DNA of 64,000 bases from positions 38,684 to 102,683 of the forward strand of contig CAVYSE010000005.1 of assembly GCA_963771075.1 (NCBI GenBank), written 5' to 3'. The notes beneath the pieces are model-generated. The model was not told the origin of the DNA. It did not search any database and was given only the letters and a program-made list of their open reading frames with translations. Origin of the DNA: a candidate division FCPU426 bacterium. GTDB taxonomy: Bacteria; Oederibacteriota; Muellerivitia; Muellerivitales; Muellerivitaceae. Made by a program: the position numbers and the translations under genes. This document shows, one piece after another, positions 61,791-64,000 of the stretch (position 1 is its first letter; the number at the start of each line of letters is the position of its first letter).

Positions 61791-62273
61791 ATGAACAAAG
61801 AAGTTAAAAGTCACCTTTCGACGATCGATAAATTACTTTCGTCTAAAAATGAGAAAAATATCTGGAAGGGGGCCGCGGACCTATGCGGTTACGTTATTGA
61901 CCAGCCTGAACTAATCTGGGATCGAATTGTAAAATATGGTTCCCGAAACAATGGGGAGTTGCAACAGGCCATAGCTTTATGCGTTTTGGAGCATGTTTTT
62001 CAGTATCACTTCAATGAGTATTTCCCAAAAGCCAAGAAAATTATCCTTTCTGGTAATAAACGTTTCCGGGAAACTTTTTGTCAATGTGGTAAATTCGGTC
62101 AATCGGAGAAAAAGTCCAACTCGGCAAAATGGGACAAATTCATTTTTCAAACCGCGACATTTGGGGAAAAGGAAAGAATTCTATATTGGAAAAAATGGAA
62201 TAAGTTAAAGAAAAAGGCAATGACGGGTGACCCCAAAGCAGTTAAGGCTTATCAAAAGTTCCGTTCTGTTTAG
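61791..62273 (+). CDS. Hypothetical helical protein (cassette)
   Basis: AT-rich ORF with AIALCVLEH motif. Confidence 0.6.
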   Translation: MNKEVKSHLSTIDKLLSSKNEKNIWKGAADLCGYVIDQPELIWDRIVKYGSRNNGELQQAIALCVLEHVFQYHFNEYFPKAKKIILSGNKRFRETFCQCGKFGQSEKKSNSAKWDKFIFQTATFGEKERILYWKKWNKLKKKAMTGDPKAVKAYQKFRSV

Positions 62274-62301
62274 AATCGTAAAGTTCGGGTGATATATACG
62301 G

Positions 62302-62331
62302 CTGGCCAATTAGGGGCTCCTTCTTTGACAA
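62302..62331 (+). repeat. Possible highly degenerate boundary palindrome, copy 16
   Basis: CTGGCCAATTAGGGGCTCCTTCTTTGACAA aligns without gaps to the consensus at the expected inter-cassette position. Confidence 0.4.
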
Positions 62332-62377
62332 TAAAAGACCTATATAATGTACGTAATAATACCGTACATATGGTATA

Positions 62378-62680
62378 TTGCCGATGGAGGGTATGACCAT
62401 GACGAAAGCTCTAAAAACCAAAGAAGAACGTATCGAATTGAGGGTGAGGCCCCAGGACAAGCGACTGCTGGAAAAAGCGGCTCAAGCCCAAGGATTGAGC
62501 CTGAGTTCTTATCTTGTGACGAGATCCCTGCATGCGGCCCAGGAAGACGCGGTTCCGGTTAAAACCTACATACCCTCCAAGCGGGATGTGGACTTGTTTC
62601 TTCGGCTTCTGGAAACTCCCCCCCTGCCAAACGAAAAGCTTAAAGCGGCGGCGCGGCGTTATCAAAAAGAAATGTCCTGA
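62378..62680 (+). CDS. DUF1778 (TacA/AtaR-like) antitoxin
   Basis: KEERIELRV...LLEKAAQAQGLSLSSY...PPLPNEKLKAA. Operator-like TGTACG-N-CGTACA upstream. Confidence 0.9.
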   Translation: MPMEGMTMTKALKTKEERIELRVRPQDKRLLEKAAQAQGLSLSSYLVTRSLHAAQEDAVPVKTYIPSKRDVDLFLRLLETPPLPNEKLKAAARRYQKEMS

Positions 62681-62688
62681 TCCGGACT

Positions 62689-63201
62689 ATGCCTGGCCCA
62701 AAATGGAAAATGGTACCCGTCACGGAAAAAGCTGAACTCCAATCTTTCGATTGCGGGATACCTGAACTCAATGATTACCTGAAAAGGTACGCGGGCCAGA
62801 ACCACCGAAAAGGGTTGGGCAGCACTTACGTTCTCGTTCCCGCCGAGGGGGAACCACTGGCAGTCGGGTACCATACCTTAAGTATGGCTCAGGTGGATCT
62901 GCAAAACTTGCCCGAATCCCATTGCAAAAACCTACCGAAGTATCCTGTTCCTGCGGTTCGATTAGGCCGTCTTGCCGTTGACCGCAAATGGCAAGGGGCT
63001 GGATTGGGGGAGATCCTATTGATGGATGCGATTCACCGGTCTGTTGCGGCGGTTCAATCAGTCGCGGCTAAGTATAAGATCGTAGACGCTAAAAACAAAA
63101 AAGCTGAAGAGTTTTACTTGCGCTACGGTTTTCATCCCTTTGAGGGAGGAGCCCATTCCCTGGTTGCCGCTATCGACACGTTAAAAGGGCTTTTTGGGTA
63201 G
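62689..63201 (+). CDS. GNAT acetyltransferase toxin (TacT/AtaT-like)
   Basis: FDCGIPELNDYL, PAVRLGRLAVD..WQGAGLG, VDAKN...FYLRYGF. Confidence 0.92.
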   Translation: MPGPKWKMVPVTEKAELQSFDCGIPELNDYLKRYAGQNHRKGLGSTYVLVPAEGEPLAVGYHTLSMAQVDLQNLPESHCKNLPKYPVPAVRLGRLAVDRKWQGAGLGEILLMDAIHRSVAAVQSVAAKYKIVDAKNKKAEEFYLRYGFHPFEGGAHSLVAAIDTLKGLFG

Positions 63202-63207
63202 AAAGGT

Positions 63208-63237
63208 TTGTCCGCGACGGGGGGCCGGGATGGGCAA
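63208..63237 (+). repeat. Cassette-boundary palindrome, copy 17 (degenerate)
   Basis: TTGTCCGCGACGGGGGGCCGGGATGGGCAA, 6 nt after the stop codon. Confidence 0.65.
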
Positions 63238-63251
63238 ATAAATAATTTGAA

Positions 63252-63749
63252 TTGAGGAGGATGATCGTGCGTAGATTGAAATCGCTTGGGATGATCGGGT
63301 TGGTTCTGGGCCTCGTTTTATTGGGTATGAATCATTGGGGCTGCTCAAGCTCGGATAACGAAGCCGATAGCAAGGCCTACGTGGATAAAGTCGCGCCGGT
63401 CCTATTCAAGGACTGGGATTCGACCCTCATTTTGGCCGAAGCCGATCCGGATCTGAAGAATTTCGCCGACACGAATAAAGACGCCTTCGATAAAGGGATC
63501 CAATCCTTCAAGGACGCGGTTGGCTCCATGAAAACCTACAAAGGCGCGACCCTTTTGGGGAAACCCACCGAAGGGCCGGACCATACGGTCGTCGCCGGTT
63601 ATTCCGTTGAGGCAGATTTCGAGAAAGGGACCAGCAAGGTTTTAGTGACCACTACCCTCCGCGGCGGGAAATGGCAGATGGGTCTTTTTAACCTCGACCC
63701 GCAAGCCGAGTTGCAAAGGATGACCAAGGCCCTGACCCCGAACCCTTAA
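63252..63749 (+). CDS. Putative lipoprotein (cassette)
   Basis: Hydrophobic leader then WGC. ADFEKG...GGKWQ tail. Confidence 0.65.
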   Translation: MRRMIVRRLKSLGMIGLVLGLVLLGMNHWGCSSSDNEADSKAYVDKVAPVLFKDWDSTLILAEADPDLKNFADTNKDAFDKGIQSFKDAVGSMKTYKGATLLGKPTEGPDHTVVAGYSVEADFEKGTSKVLVTTTLRGGKWQMGLFNLDPQAELQRMTKALTPNP

Positions 63750-63812
63750 ACCACCGGATGGGCCGGGAGTTTCGGCGGCCAAACGAACCATCGGCTTTTA
63801 GCTGATAAAGCT

Positions 63813-63867
63813 TTTTCCACGGCGGGCCATGTAGCTAAGCGCAAGCGCATGCTACATGGCGGGAACC
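63813..63867 (+). repeat. Degenerate boundary palindrome, copy 18, with the same 37-bp insert
   Basis: TTTTCCACGGCGGG[CCATGTAGCTAAGCGCAAGCGCATGCTACATGGCGGG]AACC. Confidence 0.7.
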
Positions 63868-63959
63868 AGAATAACCCGCGATTGTACCTTCGCTATTTCA
63901 ATGGGCCGTTTGACAAATTAACTGAGAGTATTACAATGTATTACATATAGGAGGGTTCG

Positions 63960-64000
63960 ATGAAAACCATGTTAAACGTTCGCTTGACGCCCGAATTGGG
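63960..64000 (+). CDS. Start of a probable ribbon-helix-helix (antitoxin-like) gene, 3'-partial
   Basis: TTGACA/TACAAT promoter, GGAGG RBS, MKTMLNVRLTPEL. Confidence 0.5.
   Translation, partial: MKTMLNVRLTPEL

Larger units (their letters stand above)
33782..64000 (+). other. Integron-like cassette array delimited by a ~30-bp palindromic site (runs off the window)
   Basis: Up to 18 copies of TTGTCCACGAYGGGGACCCRTCGTGGACA(A), usually 1-20 nt after a stop codon, separating unrelated +strand genes. I found no copy in 1-33.7 kb. Confidence 0.8.

Noticed and set aside
33782-63867. The 30-bp repeats as a CRISPR array
   Set aside because: The intervals are 0.3-5.6 kb and contain whole genes. No cas genes are present.
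33782-63867. The repeats as classical attC sites or intrinsic terminators
   Set aside because: They are too short for attC, lack RYYYAAC/GTTRRRY boxes and extrahelical bases, have no U-tract, and are absent behind the housekeeping operons.

Overview
Bacterial chromosomal window from a GC-rich, diderm-type organism, in two parts. (1) About 1-33.7 kb is mostly housekeeping. It holds a chemosensory operon (cheA, cheW x2, MCP, cheR, cheD, cheY-like, cheB) with an embedded TonB receptor-YfiR-CHASE8/MCP module, mrdA-rodA, a PfkB kinase, two aminotransferases, hom-thrC-lysC-cimA-murI, tlpA, fur, greA, a SAM-I riboswitch with a second thrC, and thiM. A GxxExxY pseudogene and its MITE-like inverted repeats are scattered through this part. 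(2) From about 33.8 kb to the end is an integron-like array of unrelated, mostly co-oriented gene cassettes (three complete TA pairs, immunity-like, lipoprotein, membrane and glycoside-hydrolase genes). The cassettes are separated by up to 18 copies of a ~30-bp palindrome, TTGTCCACGAY-GGGGACCC-RTCGTGGACAA, which is neither attC nor a CRISPR repeat. No integrase is present in the window. Three different elements target this site at fixed positions: three identical group II introns with apparently non-canonical ends (3' edge), an IS1111-type IS110 element whose non-coding region matches the site (5' edge), and a 37-bp mini-palindrome (centre). An IS4 with a 9-bp TSD and a broken RAYT HUH transposase with derived miniature elements also lie in the array. 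Several single-base frameshifts in housekeeping genes are probably sequencing errors. All family assignments come from motif recognition; no database searches were run.
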